DNA of 64,000 bases from Chiloscyllium plagiosum. Taxonomy: Eukaryota. The notes under the pieces are model-generated. The model worked only from the letters and a program-made list of their open reading frames with translations. It was not told the DNA's origin and ran no database searches. Below, piece by piece: positions 13,728-25,738 of the stretch. The stretch lies in contig NC_057718.1 in assembly GCF_004010195.1 (NCBI RefSeq), positions 7,622,787 to 7,686,786 of the forward strand, written 5' to 3'. A program made the translations under genes and the position numbers. Numbering within the stretch: position 1 is the stretch's first letter; each line of letters starts with the position of its first letter.

Positions 13728-14132
13728 TTAACTGGATGCAAGATCCCATTTGTAGGGCAGTGCCACTTTGATCTTTCACCCGCCGCCAATTTTTGGAGTT
13801 TGGGTTGAAAACAGAATCGTGTGGGGTATTCACATTCGATTCCAAATACTGGTCTCGAAATGGGAACTTTGCTTTCTCTCCACCTGTGCTTTCAGACCGG
13901 CTGAGTTTCTCCAGTCATTTCAGTGTTTGTCTCAGATTTCCAGCATTCTCTCATCTTGTGGAATGACTGTAAGAAATAGGAAGGGGAGTAGGCCATTCAG
14001 CCCCTCAAGCCTGCTCTACCATTCAGTTAGATCATGGCTGACTATTTGAGAAGCTATATCTCTGTTATAATAACTGGCTTTGAAGGTAACAGGAATACCA
14101 CGTAACCCTAGGATATACAAAAGAGGAAGAAG

Positions 14133-14335
14133 GAGCTTGCGTTGATACACTGCCTGTCCTGATCTCGGGACATCACAAGAAACTTTCCAGCCACTGATAT
14201 GCAGTCACCATTGTAAGAACTTCAGTAGCCAATTAATGTACAGTAAGCTCCCAGCAACAGCAATATGATCATGGTGAGGTGTTTAATTTTCCCTAGTGAG
14301 ACAGTTTGACCAGAACACTAGGGAGATCTCTCCTA
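14133..14335 (-). mobile_element. Old Deu-domain SINE (SacSINE1/AmnSINE-like) remnant
   Basis: Reverse complement reads gtgttctggtcaa...atattgctgttgctgggagctt...aattggct, matching recalled Deu-SINE 3' half; related pieces at ~15705-16000, ~23695-23790, ~41635-41755 and ~51650-51790. Confidence 0.55.
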
Positions 14336-14337
14336 TG

Positions 14338-14545
14338 TGTAGGCCAGACCAGGTAAAGATGGCAGATTACCATTCCTCAAGACCATTAGTTAAATAGGAG
14401 TTTATTTTACGACGATTGACAATGGCCACCATTGAGCTAGCTTTACATTCCAGATTTCATTTACTAAACTCATTGGCCATAGCAGGATTTCAATGCATGC
14501 CCCTTAGAGCATTAGCCTGAATTATTAGCTCAGTGACATTACCAG
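14338..14545 (-). mobile_element. SINE family B fragment
   Basis: tgtaggccagaccaggtaaagatggcagatt...gacattacca is the reverse complement of the family B body and head. Confidence 0.7.
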
Positions 14546-15379
14546 ATGCTAACTAGAGTTAGAGACAGTATTAGCCATACAGCTGACATCAAGTTGAGTG
14601 GAGGAGCTTTGCAAGTCCACATGGAACACTGATTTTTTCCAGTAGCTGTGAATTTCTTTAGATTCACAACACCTTCTCCATGTTCCCCACTACACAAAAC
14701 AGAAGGACTAAATAAACTGCGTGTCTTGTGTTGGGCATTGCAGATTGATTGTGACACTCCCTCGCTGGGCATGAATTGACCCTCCGAGGTTCTGTTGCAG
14801 TCCTAAGCAGGGCTGCCTGGGGAGGTCAGTGTTTTAAGAAAAAGGTTGAGAGAGCAGCCAAGGATGACTGAAAAGAACTCTGAAGATGATTAACCAGAAC
14901 ACAAGGAATTTGAGACTTTTAAAGGGTATGGTTATTGACTGGTTATTTATAGTGTTTCCAAGTTTAGAATTTTTTTGTTAGGAAAACAACATAGTAAGTG
15001 GAAAGGTGATAGCTTTTAGTCTTGCTTTTTAAGAGAAGGAATATTTGAGGAGGAAATGGAAGGATTGAGAGCACGTTTGGACGGGAGATCTAGTGGCCGG
15101 TCAGGCGATATGTTCCTCAGCAGCTGGGATTTTGTATATCTTCACACTGACAGACAGGTTTGATGTTTGGTTAATTAGTAATCCGCTCAACACAACCTCA
15201 GCTGTGCAGCTCATTCCTTGCTGGGACCTCAAAACTCAACCACCTGCCTCACTCATTCACCCCCTTCCTCTTGGGATGCGTTAGGTATGGAGGGATATGG
15301 TCCGAACACAGGCAAGTGAGAGTAGATTCATTGTGAAAACCGGGTGGCACACAGAAGTTGGGCTGAAGGTGACCTCTGG

Positions 15380-15628
15380 GAGTCATCGAGGTCTACAGCA
15401 CTGATAGAGGCCCTTCGGCCCATCATGTAGATCAAAAACAACCACCTGACTATTCTAACCCCATTTCCCAGCACTTGGCCCATAGCCCTGGCATTGCAAG
15501 TGCGCATCTAAATGCTTTTTGAATGTGATGAGGGTTTCTGTCTCTCCCACCCCTTACAGGCAGCGAGTTCCAGATTCCCACCATCCTCTGGGTGAGAACA
15601 TGTTTCCTCACATCTCCTCTAAACCTTT
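15380..15628 (-). mobile_element. CR1 LINE 3' fragment
   Basis: Minus ORF RFRGDVRKHVLTQRMVGIWNSLP plus tail. Confidence 0.85.
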
Positions 15629-16920
15629 CAAAGGCTTTTAAAGCCATCGGTCGGCACCCACTCGTCACTGTCTCGCTCAAGAATAATGTCAGACAAAGTC
15701 GGAACCTTGTATTGACATAGCACCTTTCACATCCTCAAAAGTGCTTTCAAGGAATATTACTGTTGCGTCAAAGGAAATTGAGTAATTTCACACAGCAAGA
15801 TCCCATATAATATTCCAATATTGCAGGGTTATTGGACTGCACACTGAGGAGATCTGTCATGGAGAGGGGACAGACAACACCCCAGTTTAAAATTGGAATT
15901 GAAAGCTAGTCCCTCAGTGCAGCCCCACCACTGTGCTGAGGCATGTATCTGCAGTCACTGTGAGAAAACCCACTGATCGAGAGGTAGGAGTGCTACCCAG
16001 TACTTTTTTTTTGTTGGAGCGAACAAGGGGGCTGAGTTTCACGTGGCAGGGGACAGTCCCAGGTGTCTGCTCTGGGGGAAAGTTCCCACTTCAGCCCAGT
16101 CAAAATGTATACAGCAAACTGCGAGCAGTACAAAGGACATCTGTGTGGGAGCAATTTTCTACACTATTGGCACTGGCGGAGGCTCAGTGTTAGGGAACAT
16201 TGGCCATGTTTTAATGGTTTGTGAACAGAGAAGTTGCAAAATTAATATTATAAGCCAATTAAATCTCCAGAGGAATCCTGTACAGAATGTGGAAATTCCA
16301 CACAGAGAGTGGAATCGATTCTGGGTTCCTGGAACTATCAGGTAGCAGTGCTAACCACTGAGCCACCATGTCCCTTGTAGTAGGTTCTAACAAGCTTGCT
16401 ACCTGGTATCTTATTTGGAGTCCCAGTGATTAATTTGTATATATCAGGAAATTGCAACTTTAGAGTGCCTTTCTGAGATGGCAACAGTGACTGCACTTGA
16501 GTTTAAGAGCCACAAGGTTACGTTGCAACTCTGTAGAGCCCTGGTTAGAGCACATTTGAAATATTGTGTTCAGTTCTGGTCGCCTCATTATAGGAAGGAT
16601 GTGAAAGCCTTAGAGAGGGTGCAGAGGAGATTTACCAGGATGCTGCCTGGACTGGAGGGCTTGTCTTATGAAGAAAGATTGAGGGAGCTAGGGCTTTTTT
16701 CATTGGTGTGAAGAAGGATGAGAGGTGACTAGACAGGTGTACAAGATGATGAGAGGCATAGAGAGTGTGGATAGCCAGAGACTCGGGGCTGAAATGGCTA
16801 TCACGAAGGGGAATAATTTTAAGGTGATTGTAGGAAGGTTTAGGGGAGATGTCAGAGGTAGGTCAGAGAGTGGTGGGTGTGTGGAATGCACTGCTAGCAG
16901 TGGTAGTTGAGTCAGATACA

Positions 16921-17019
16921 GTAGGGTCAAGAGTATGGTGCTGGAAAAGCAGAGCAGGTCAGGCAGCATCAGAGGAGCAGGAGAGTCAACGTTTCGGGCA
17001 AAAGCCCTTCATCAGAAAT
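16921..17019 (-). mobile_element. Penelope-like terminal module (family P1) with hammerhead
   Basis: Module gtgctggaaaagc...caggcagcatc...cgtttcgggcaaaagcccttcatcag; flanked by gataca at 16915-16920 and 17020-17025. Confidence 0.75.
16985..17019 (-). ncRNA. Minimal type-I hammerhead ribozyme motif
   Basis: Minus strand CUGAUGA-A-GGGC-UUUU-GCCC-GAA-ACGU-U; catalytic core boxes intact. Confidence 0.65.
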
Positions 17020-17092
17020 GATACATTCGGGACATTTAAGCGACCTTTGGAAAGGCACATGGAAGATGAAGGGTAGGTTTGTCTGATCTTAG

Positions 17093-17186
17093 GCAGAAGT
17101 GTGGACTGCAGATGCTGGAAACCAGAGTTTAGATTAGAGTGGTGCTGGAAAAGCACAGCAGGTCAGGCAGCATCCGAGGAGCAGCC
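17093..17186 (-). mobile_element. Penelope-like terminal module P1, truncated before the ribozyme
   Basis: actgcagatgctgg...gtggtgctggaaaagcacagcaggtcaggcagcatcc; TSD ttgt(c/t)tgatcttag 17079-17092 / 17187-17200. Confidence 0.75.
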
Positions 17187-17544
17187 TTGTTTGATCTTAG
17201 AGTAGGATAAAAGGTTTGCACAACATCGAGGGCCGAAGGGCCTTTACTGTGCTGTACTTTTCTATGTTGTATTTCCAAAGGCAGGAAAGTACTGTCCAGT
17301 GGCCGTGGTGATGCCTCTGAAGATGCAAGTCTTGCTTTTTAGGTGCTGCACAGGAATGTTACAATCCAAATTTGACACTGAGCCTTGTTTCATTTTGGTT
17401 GTTCAGGGGGAGTGAGTGTTGCCTGGAAGCCTAACACGCCCCAGCAGAGGTTCTCAGTGAAGCAGAGAGACTTAGGATAAACGAAAATCTGAGGTGACCT
17501 TCACTAACTTGAGATACTTGTTGATGGCATCTTTAACACAAGAC

Positions 17545-18000
17545 TGTGGCATAGTGGTAACGTCACTGGGTTAGTACAGCCAGTTCTGCTGTTACATGCC
17601 TTTCATTAATGCGAGTCATGAGCAGGGAATGCTGTTTCTAAAACACAAACTTTTAAAGTGTGGGTTGGCAATAACGTGATTACATCGGCAACACTTTAAG
17701 TGCGATTTTTTTGTACAGAGTGGGGTCACACAGGAACGCAACTATCGCGTTATAGAAGAAACAACAGTGGTCCATGAACCAGTTGGCAGAATGAGTTTGA
17801 ATCCCTCCGTGGCAGGTAGTAAAATCTGAATTTAAAGAAAATAAAAACAGGAGTCTGAGAACAGCACTGTCAATTGCACTAAAGAAAACACTATTGGGTT
17901 CATCATTGTCTGTGATTCCAAACCGAGAGCAATGTGGTTGATTCTTAATTGCCTTCTGGGCAATTAGGGATGGGAGATTCCCAAACTGATTAAAAAAAAT
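17545..18000 (+). mobile_element. SINE family B interrupted by a MITE
   Basis: Head tggcatagtggtaacgtcactgg resumes after 17767; tail gggcaattagggatggg. Confidence 0.7.
17577..17767. mobile_element. Tc1/mariner (Tigger/pogo-like) MITE, degenerate
   Basis: TA then cagccagttctgctgttac at left; cgcgttatagaagaaacaacag at right as imperfect TIR; cleanly interrupts a SINE head. Confidence 0.55.
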
Positions 18001-18102
18001 AAACAGGCCACAATCTGAATGTTGGATCAGTCTATCTCAAACACTTTGAATGACGGAGCAGGTTTGATGGGCTGAACGCTGCATCTCCCAAGTCTACAAG
18101 GT

Positions 18103-19335
18103 GTGAGAAAGGATTCTGAGGGATAGGATTTATGACCATCTGGAAGAGCATGGCTTGATTAAGTGCAGTCAATACGGCTTTGTGAGGAGCAGGTCATGCC
18201 TCACAAACTTTATCGAGTTCTTTGAGAATATGATTAGAAAAGTTGATGAGAGTCGAGCTGTGGATGTGGTGTATATGGACTTCAGCAAGGCATTTGATAA
18301 GGTTCTAGGAGTAAGTGAGGACTGCAGATGCTGGAGATCAGAGCTGAAAATGTGTTGCTGGAAAAACGCAGCAGGTCAGGCAGGGGAAGGAGCAGGGGAA
18401 TCGATGTTTCGGGCATGAGCCCTTCTTCAGGAATTTGATAAGGTTCCCCATGGTAGGCTCATTCAGAAGGTCAGGAGGAATGGGATACAGGGGAACTTAG
18501 CTGTCTGGATACAGAATTGGCTGGCCAACAGAAGACAGTGAGTAGTAGTAGAAGGAGAAAAATATTCTGCCTAGAAGTCAGTGGTGAGTGGTGTTCCACA
18601 GGGCTCTGCCCTTGGGCCTCTACTGTTTGTAATNNNNNNNNNNNNNNNNNNNNNNNNNNNNNNNNNNNNNNNNNNNACATAGATCCCTTAAAATAGCCAC
18701 CCAAGTGGACAGGGTTGTTAAGAAATCATATGGTGTTTTGGCTTTCATTAACAGGGGAATTGAGTTTAAGAGTTGAGATCTTGTTGCAGCTCTATAAAAC
18801 TTTGGTTAGACCGCACTTGGAATGCTGCGTCCAGTTCTGGTCGCCTTATTATAGGAAAGATGTGGATGCTTTGGAGAGGGTTCAGAGGTGGTTTACCAGG
18901 ATGCTGCCTGGACTGGAGGGCTTGTCTTATGAAGAGAGGTTGACTGAGCTCGGTCTTTTTTCATTGGACAAAAGGAGGAGGTGAGGGGACCTAATTGAGG
19001 TATACAAGATAGTGAGAGGCATAGATAGAGTCGATAGCCAGAGACTATTTCCCAGGGCAGAAATGGCTAACACGAGGGGTCATAGTTTTAATCTGGTTGG
19101 AGGAAAGTTTAGAGGGGATGTCAGAGGCGGGTTCTTTACACAGAGAGTTGTGAGAGCATGGAATGCGTTGCCAGCAGCAGTTGTGGAAGCAAGGTCATTG
19201 GGGACATTTAAGAGACTACTGGACAAGCATATGGTCACAGAAATTTGAGGGTGCATATATGAGGATCAGTGGTCGGCACAACATTGTCGGCTGAAGGGCC
19301 TGTTTTGTGCTGTACTGTTCGATGTTCTATGTTTC
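18103..19335 (+). pseudogene. CR1 LINE ORF2 (RT) fragment with 3' UTR; contains N-gap 18634-18676
   Basis: QYGFVRSRSCLTNFIEFFE...[34 protein letters not shown]; tail. Confidence 0.95.
18306..18432 (-). mobile_element. Penelope-like terminal module P1 with hammerhead variant
   Basis: Perfect 14-bp TSD atttgataaggttc 18292-18305 / 18433-18446; minus strand CUGAAGA-A-GGGC-UCAU-GCCC-GAAACAUC. Confidence 0.8.
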
Positions 19336-19932
19336 TTGGGAATACCAACACAGCTGGGGTTAATAGTCCAGACCGGTCGATTCTCAAACAAATGCCTTCC
19401 AAGCGTTGTTCCATGCTACAGCTGTGACAACACTGAGGGGGTTAATGTTCATCACCAAGCCCCAGGCTCCCTTGTGAGTGGAATTTACTTTCGCAGGGGC
19501 CAGGCACTTTTGCAAGCCGACACTTTATTTTTAGCCGAAGGTCTAATTTGCCGAGATGCTTCAGTGTTTTGCTGACGTCGAGAAAGTCAATGTGATTTAC
19601 CTCGGGGCAAGGAAAGATTGTGCGTTTTCCTTCAGAGCTGCGTCAGCTGCTTCGGAAAACTGGGAGCTCCCTGTGCAACCTGTGTATTTTGTTTGTTGCA
19701 AATTATTTGCCATGACCCCATTAGCATCTGTTGCTGGAGGCCTGTGAGTTCTGATGCATCAATGGCAATGCTGTGGGAAAACCCTTGGTTGGAGAGTGGC
19801 TCAGTGCTCCTCACAGGCCTGGCCACCCCCAGTTCACTGAGATGCAGCAGCCTGGAAACTCCTAACTGTTGTCCCTGCACTCTGTCAAATGCCACCAGAG
19901 AAGGTGAAAAGCAAGGAAGAGAGAGAGAGAGA

Positions 19933-20201
19933 AGATTAGATACCCTACAGTGTGGAAACAGGCCCTTCAGCCCAACAAGTCCACACCGATCCTCCGAAGA
20001 GTAATCCACCCGGACCCATTTCCCTCTGACTAATGCACCTAACACTGTGGGCAATTTAGCACGGCCAATTCTCCTGACCTGCACATTTTTGGACTGTGGG
20101 GGGAAACTGGAGCAAACCCACGCAGACATGGGGAGAATGTGCAAACACCACACAGACAGTCGCCTGAGGCTGGAATCGAACCCTGGTGCTGTGAGGCAGC
20201 A
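19933..20201 (-). mobile_element. HE1-type V-SINE
   Basis: Reverse complement of tail, V-domain and B box. Confidence 0.9.
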
Positions 20202-20494
20202 GTTAGGCTTTAACTATTGCGAAAGGCCAGACAAGCTGACAGTCTATTCTAGGGAGTGACTGAGAAAGGTCATGAAATGTATGAAGGGATTAGACAGGGT
20301 GGATGTAGACAAATATTTCCACTTGTTTCGGGCGGTGGGGGTTGGGGGGGCGGTGGGGGGGGAGATGAATTCATAACCAGGAACCATAAATTAAAGATAG
20401 TCACTAATAAATTCAAGAAGAAATCCATTTTTAACCAGAAAGTCGTTAGCATGTGGAACTTACTGCCACAGAGATAATTGAGAATTTTTTCTAA

Positions 20495-21585
20495 TATTGA
20501 TGCCTGGGACACAGCCATCACTGGCTGGGCCTGTATTTATTACCCATCCCCAATTACCCTCCAGAAGGTGGTAGTGAGCTGCCTTCTTGAGCCACTGTAA
20601 TTCTTGAAGTGCAAGGACACCCATAATATTGTTAGGAAGGGAATTCCAAAATTTTGACCCAACGACACAGAAGGAATGATGATACAGTAGCGCCTCGGCT
20701 TACAAACCTAATCCGTTCCGGGACCCGGTTCGCGAACCGAAATGATTGCGAACTGAATCGATTTTTCCCATTGTTCGGATAGCGTAAGAATGCTTGGATG
20801 TAGCGCACGCACCAAAGACGAACTGAATGAGATCACGCGGGGCCCGAGAGCTTTTGCGTTCAACAAGCGCGTAGCAAAGCAGAACAATGAAACCACGTGG
20901 TTGCACACGGGCTTTTTGCATTCGTACCTTCGTTCGTACCTTGAATTTCGTACGTACGTTGAAGCAAAGTTTTATGTACAATCCTGTTCGTAAACCGATT
21001 TGTTTGTGAACGGGGTTGTTCGTATGTCGAGGCGGTACTGTATATTTCCCAGTCATAACAGTGTGTGACTTGGAGGGGAACTTGAAGGGGGTATGCTGTT
21101 CTCCCATTTCTGCTGCCTTTGTCTTTTGAGCAGCTGGTGATCATGAGCTGGATAAGGAACCCTGATGATTTTTGCAGTGCATTTTGTAGTTGGCAAACAC
21201 TGCTGTGACTGAGTGTCAGTGATGAAGGAAGTGAATGTTTACGTTGGTGGATGTAATGCCAATCAAGCGGGCTGCTTTGTCCTGCTTCTTGTGTTGTAGG
21301 AGCTGCCCCCATCCAGGCAAGTGGGGAGTATTCCATCGCACTCCTGACATGTGCCTTCTAGATGGTGGACAGGTTTTGAGGAGTCAGGAGCTGAGTTATT
21401 GCGTTATTCTCAACATTTAACCCACTCTTGTAACCATGGTGTTTATGCAGGTAGTCCAGATCAATCTCTGGTCAATGATAACCCCCAGGGTGTTGATAGT
21501 GGAGGATTGATTCAGTGATGGTCATGCCATTGAATGTCAGGTATAGATATATAGTCTCTTATTTAACCATCACTGACATTTGGTA
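20495..21585 (-). mobile_element. LINE 3' fragment (CR1/L2-group, here LINE-B)
   Basis: Minus ORF MEYSPLAWMGAAPTT; tail is reverse complement of gggatgggtaataaatacaggcccagccag. Confidence 0.8.
20685..21040. mobile_element. Tigger/pogo-like MITE (356 bp), relatively young
   Basis: TIRs cagtagcgcctcggcttac / gtatgtcgaggcggtactg, TA on both sides (20683-84, 21041-42), CpG-rich, interrupts LINE-B at gatgata|tatttcc. Confidence 0.88.
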
Positions 21586-21792
21586 TGAATGGTAATTATA
21601 TAATGATGGAAAGATCAGCCATGATCTTAATGAATGCTGAAGCGAGCTTGATGGGCCAAATGGCCTACTCCTGCTTCTATTACTATGGAGCTATAAATAG
21701 TGTAGATGCATTGAAGGGGCAGCTGGATAAATAAAAGGAAAATGGAATAGAAAAAAAGGTCAGTTGATAAGATGGGGGATGGGGCAATGATG

Positions 21793-22450
21793 TGGGAGGT
21801 GGTGGCTTAGTGCTATTGTTGCTGGACTGTTAAACATGATGGCACGGTGGGCGGCATGGTGGCACAGTGGTTAGCACTGCTGCCTCACAGTGACAGAGAC
21901 CCGGGTTCTATTCCCGCCTCAGGCGACTGACTGTGTGGAGTTTGCACATTCTCCCCGTGTCTGCGTGGGTTTCCTCCGGGTGCTCCGGTTTCCTCCCACA
22001 GTCCAAAGATGTGCAGGTCAGGTGAATTGGCCATGCTAAATTGCCCGTAGTGTTAGGTAAGGGGTAAATGTAAGGGTATGGGTGGGTTACGCTTCGGCGG
22101 GTCGGTGTGGACTTGTTGGGCCGAAAGGCCTGTTTCCACACTGTAATGTAATGTAATGATACCTAGGGACTGTTGTGGGGACCTGGTTTCAAATCCCACC
22201 ACGGCAGTTTGTGGGGTTTGAATTCAATAAAAGTTTGGAATTAGGAGTCTAATGATAACCATGAATCCATTGTCAATAGCCAGAAAAATCCCACCTGATT
22301 CACTTAGTCCCTTTAGGAGAGGAAATCTTCCATTCTCCCCTGGCCTGGCCAACATGTGACTTCAGCCCCACAGCAATGTGGTTTGCCTCTTAACCATTAG
22401 TGATGGTCAGTAAAGGCCAGCTGAACCAACAAAATTCTCATCTCATGTAT
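21793..22450 (+). mobile_element. SINE family B hosting an HE1 SINE
   Basis: Head gggaggtggtggcttagtgc; body resumes ggggacctggtttcaaatcccacc after 22160. Confidence 0.75.
21849..22156 (+). mobile_element. HE1-type V-SINE, full-length
   Basis: gggcggcatggtggcacagtgg...gcctgtttccacactg(taatg)n. Confidence 0.95.
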
Positions 22451-22574
22451 GAAGGCATAACAAACAGAAATAACCAGCAAGGGAATCGAGGATTATGGGG
22501 ATAGTGGGGAAGGTGGAATTGAGTTTTGTCAAATCAGGTTTTTTTTTACTCCAGGGTTGATGAATTAGAGGGGA

Positions 22575-22858
22575 AGGTTTAAGATTAGAGGGGAAAGACT
22601 AAAAGGGAACCTGAGGGGCAACTTTTTTACACAGAGGGTGGTGTATACATGTGGAATGAGCTGCCAGTGGAAGTGGTTGAGGTGGGTACATTAACTACAT
22701 TTAAAAGGCATTTTGACAAATACATGGATAGGAAAGGGTTAGAAGGGTATGGCCCAAGTGCAGGGAAACGGGGTTAGTGTGGATGGACATTTTGGTCAGC
22801 GTGGACTAGTTTGGGCCAAAAGTCCTGTCTCCATGCTGTAGGACTCTATGACTCTATG
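22575..22858 (+). mobile_element. CR1 LINE 3' fragment
   Basis: tttttacacagagggtgg...tggaatgagctgcc...; tail gactctatgactctatga. Confidence 0.85.
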
Positions 22859-24099
22859 AGACGTGATCTTTATTAAATGGCTGGGCAGACCCAATGGCTT
22901 GCTTCTGCTTATTGTTCAGATAGAGCGGAAACATCAAGCATGTGTTGGGCTGTCTGGACTATCCATGATGTTAACTGTATGCAATTCAACATTGCTACAG
23001 AATCCGTGTGCCTGAGTCCCCTCTGTATCTGAGCCTCGGATTTCGCTGCTCCACAGTTCTCACCAGTGGCTGACAGTGACATGACACTCAGATTGGATTG
23101 TTTTGCCTTTGGGCTAAGTGCCGAAGTGGGAGGCACTGATAGCTGAACCTGCAGTTAGATTCCACTAACAGCAGTATCAGGGAAGTGTTTGGAGACATTT
23201 TCCTGAAAGCTGCTGGCTGTTTCCTCGTCTGATTGACCCTGGAGCTGATTTGGACACTGGAGCAGGGAGACGAGGGGCCTGATCACTGGGTATAGCACGC
23301 CCCTTCCCTCCCTGCTCTCTCCCAACTGACTCTACTGCTTCAGTAAGTCAGAGTCTGCCCTGTGTGGACTGGGGTGCAGTGTGGCTCAGGGTCAGCTGCT
23401 CTCACCCATTCTCATTTCCATAAGTCAATAGCTTTTGGCACTTTCTCCTCCCCCTGCTGTTGTTTTGCGTGATTGTTGTCAGGCACGGGCCTGTTTAGGG
23501 ACAGCGCGCACCACCCTGCAGGTCTGTCTGAGGACACAGGCAGACATTCTGCTCCCAGCCCCTACCTCCTCACTCACTTGGGAAATGGAAGGAAGATCTT
23601 TCGGTGGACCATTTACTTTGTTGCACTCCCTCCTTGCCCATTCTTTTTGCTTTTTCTTAACCTCGTGCTGTTCCTTCTTTCTTTTCTCTCTCTCTTTCCA
23701 ACATTACTACAGTCGCTTCAAAAGTGTAGTTTGCTGAAAAGTGCTTTGGAGCAACCTGAGAGGTGCTATATAAATGCAAGTGTTTCTTTCCCCTATTTCT
23801 GTCTTTCCCCATTCCCCTTTCTCTCTGTCTGTTGCACGTGCAAATATACAAATGAGTATTTGGCCAGTCAGCCCCTCAAGCCTGTTCTGCCATTCAGTCA
23901 GACAATAACTGATTTGATTGAGGCCTGTACTTGTTCACCAAACCGTCCACTCATTGACTCCCTTGTCTGACTCTGTCTTAAATGATCCTGGGTTCACTGC
24001 TGTCTGGGTAATGAGATCCACAGGCTCATGGCCACCTGAGAGGGAAAAAGAAATCTCCTCCCCTCTGTTTTACCTTCCTTTTAAACTCCGTCACTCTGT

Positions 24100-24375
24100 T
24101 TAGATTAGATTAGATTCCCTACAGTGTGGAAACAGGCCCTTCGGCCCAATCAGTCCACACCAGCCCTCCAAAGAGTAACCCACCCAGACCCATTTCTCTC
24201 TGACTAATGCACCTAACACTACGGGCAATTTAGCATGGCCAACTCTCTTGACCTGCACATCTTTGGACTGTGGGAGGAAACCGGAGCACCCGGAGGAAAC
24301 CCACGCAGACACAGGGAGAACGTGCAAACTCCACACAGTCAGTCGCCCGAGGCTGGAATCGAACCTGGGACCCCG
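24100..24375 (-). mobile_element. HE1-type V-SINE
   Basis: (TTAGA)n then reverse-complement tail and V-domain. Confidence 0.92.
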
Positions 24376-24551
24376 TTGCTTATCCACTGAGGGAAAGCCA
24401 ACCTTTCAGCATCCACCCTGTCAAACCCTCTCAGAATCAAACATATTTCAATAAGATCACCCCTCATTCTCCAACACAGACACAGACCTAACCTTTCCTG
24501 GGGGTGGTCAGTTGGCTGAACCTTCCAGAACAGTTTCTTAAATCAAGTGAA

Positions 24552-24752
24552 AGTAAACTTGCCCTAATTCTTCCAGGCCATAGTCTCACTCTCTCATTAG
24601 AGAGAGAGGTGACTGGGTGGTGATTTAACCTGAAGGTCACCACACCTCAGGCGAGATTGACAAGCTGAGACCTTTGTGGTAACTCAGCCCTTGCGGGAAT
24701 TGAACTCACGCTGTTGGTGTTACTCTGATTCGCAAGCTAACCATTGAGCTAA
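24552..24752 (-). mobile_element. Short tRNA-derived SINE (here family C)
   Basis: Reverse complement ttagctcaatgg...gagttcaattcccg...cctgaggtgtggtgaccttcaggttaaa...ctctctctaatgagag; homologues at 55960 and 59285. Confidence 0.65.
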
Positions 24753-25487
24753 ACCAGAGCTGTCCAAATGTGGCCTCACTAACACCCTGTACAGCTGCAG
24801 TAAAACATCCTGATTTTTCCAAACCCTATTCCATATTCCATTCCCTTTGCAACAATCAACAGCATTCCTTTTGCCTCCCTCGTCACAGAGTTTACTTGCG
24901 TAGAGGCTTCTCTGAGCTAACCAGGCAGGTTATGTAACAGATACAGAGCGGTGTTCAGTGTTGCTGCAGCCTTCTCCTGTTCTTCCATCTGTAGGTCAGA
25001 ACTCAAGAAAGCGACAGTGACGACGTCACAGCTGTTAATCATTGCTGCTTCACCAGAGGTAGCACCACACACTGGACAGAGGGAAGCCAAGCCGTGGTGA
25101 TTCCCCACTCCCCGTGTTCATCGCCACAAAAGATGTGAATCATTCTGAGATTTTTAATCTCGTTCTGTGGCTGTTTCGGTGACACTTCACACGCACTTGA
25201 TATTTGCTGCTGTAATTTTCTCTCACCTCCCCTTGCTGAGATTGGTGGCCCTTCATCCTCCTGAGTATCCATCATCTTCATAGGGTTTACATTTCTGATC
25301 AATTATCCATGTGTGGACTTTTGTAACTGGAGAGAATTGCTTGATTACTGTTGTATTTGTGTCATTGGCTACCTGTGGGGATTATAAATCCAACTACCTG
25401 TAATACTTGTTTTAAATTTCAATGCAATCTCTCATTCTTGTTGTGGGGTCATTTTGGTTTCTGAAATTATTTATCTTTCTCTTGTTT

Positions 25488-25738
25488 GATTAGATTACTT
25501 TACTTTACTTTACAGTGTAGAAACAGGCCCTTCGGCCCAACAAGTCCACACCGACCCGCCGAAGCGCAAACCACCCATACCCCTACATTTAGCCCTTACC
25601 TAACACTACGGACAATTTAGTATGGCCAATTCACCTGACCTGCACATCTTTGGAACTGTGGGAGGAAACCGGAGCACCCGGAGGAAACCCACGCAGACAC
25701 GGGGAGAATGTGCAAACTCCACACAGTCAGTCGCCTGA
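25488..25738 (-). mobile_element. HE1-type V-SINE running into an assembly gap
   Basis: Near-consensus reverse complement. Confidence 0.92.

Larger units (their letters stand above)
16498..17270 (+). mobile_element. CR1 LINE 3' fragment hosting two Penelope-like inserts
   Basis: [38 protein letters not shown]; tail ctgtgctgtacttttctatgtt. Confidence 0.93.
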
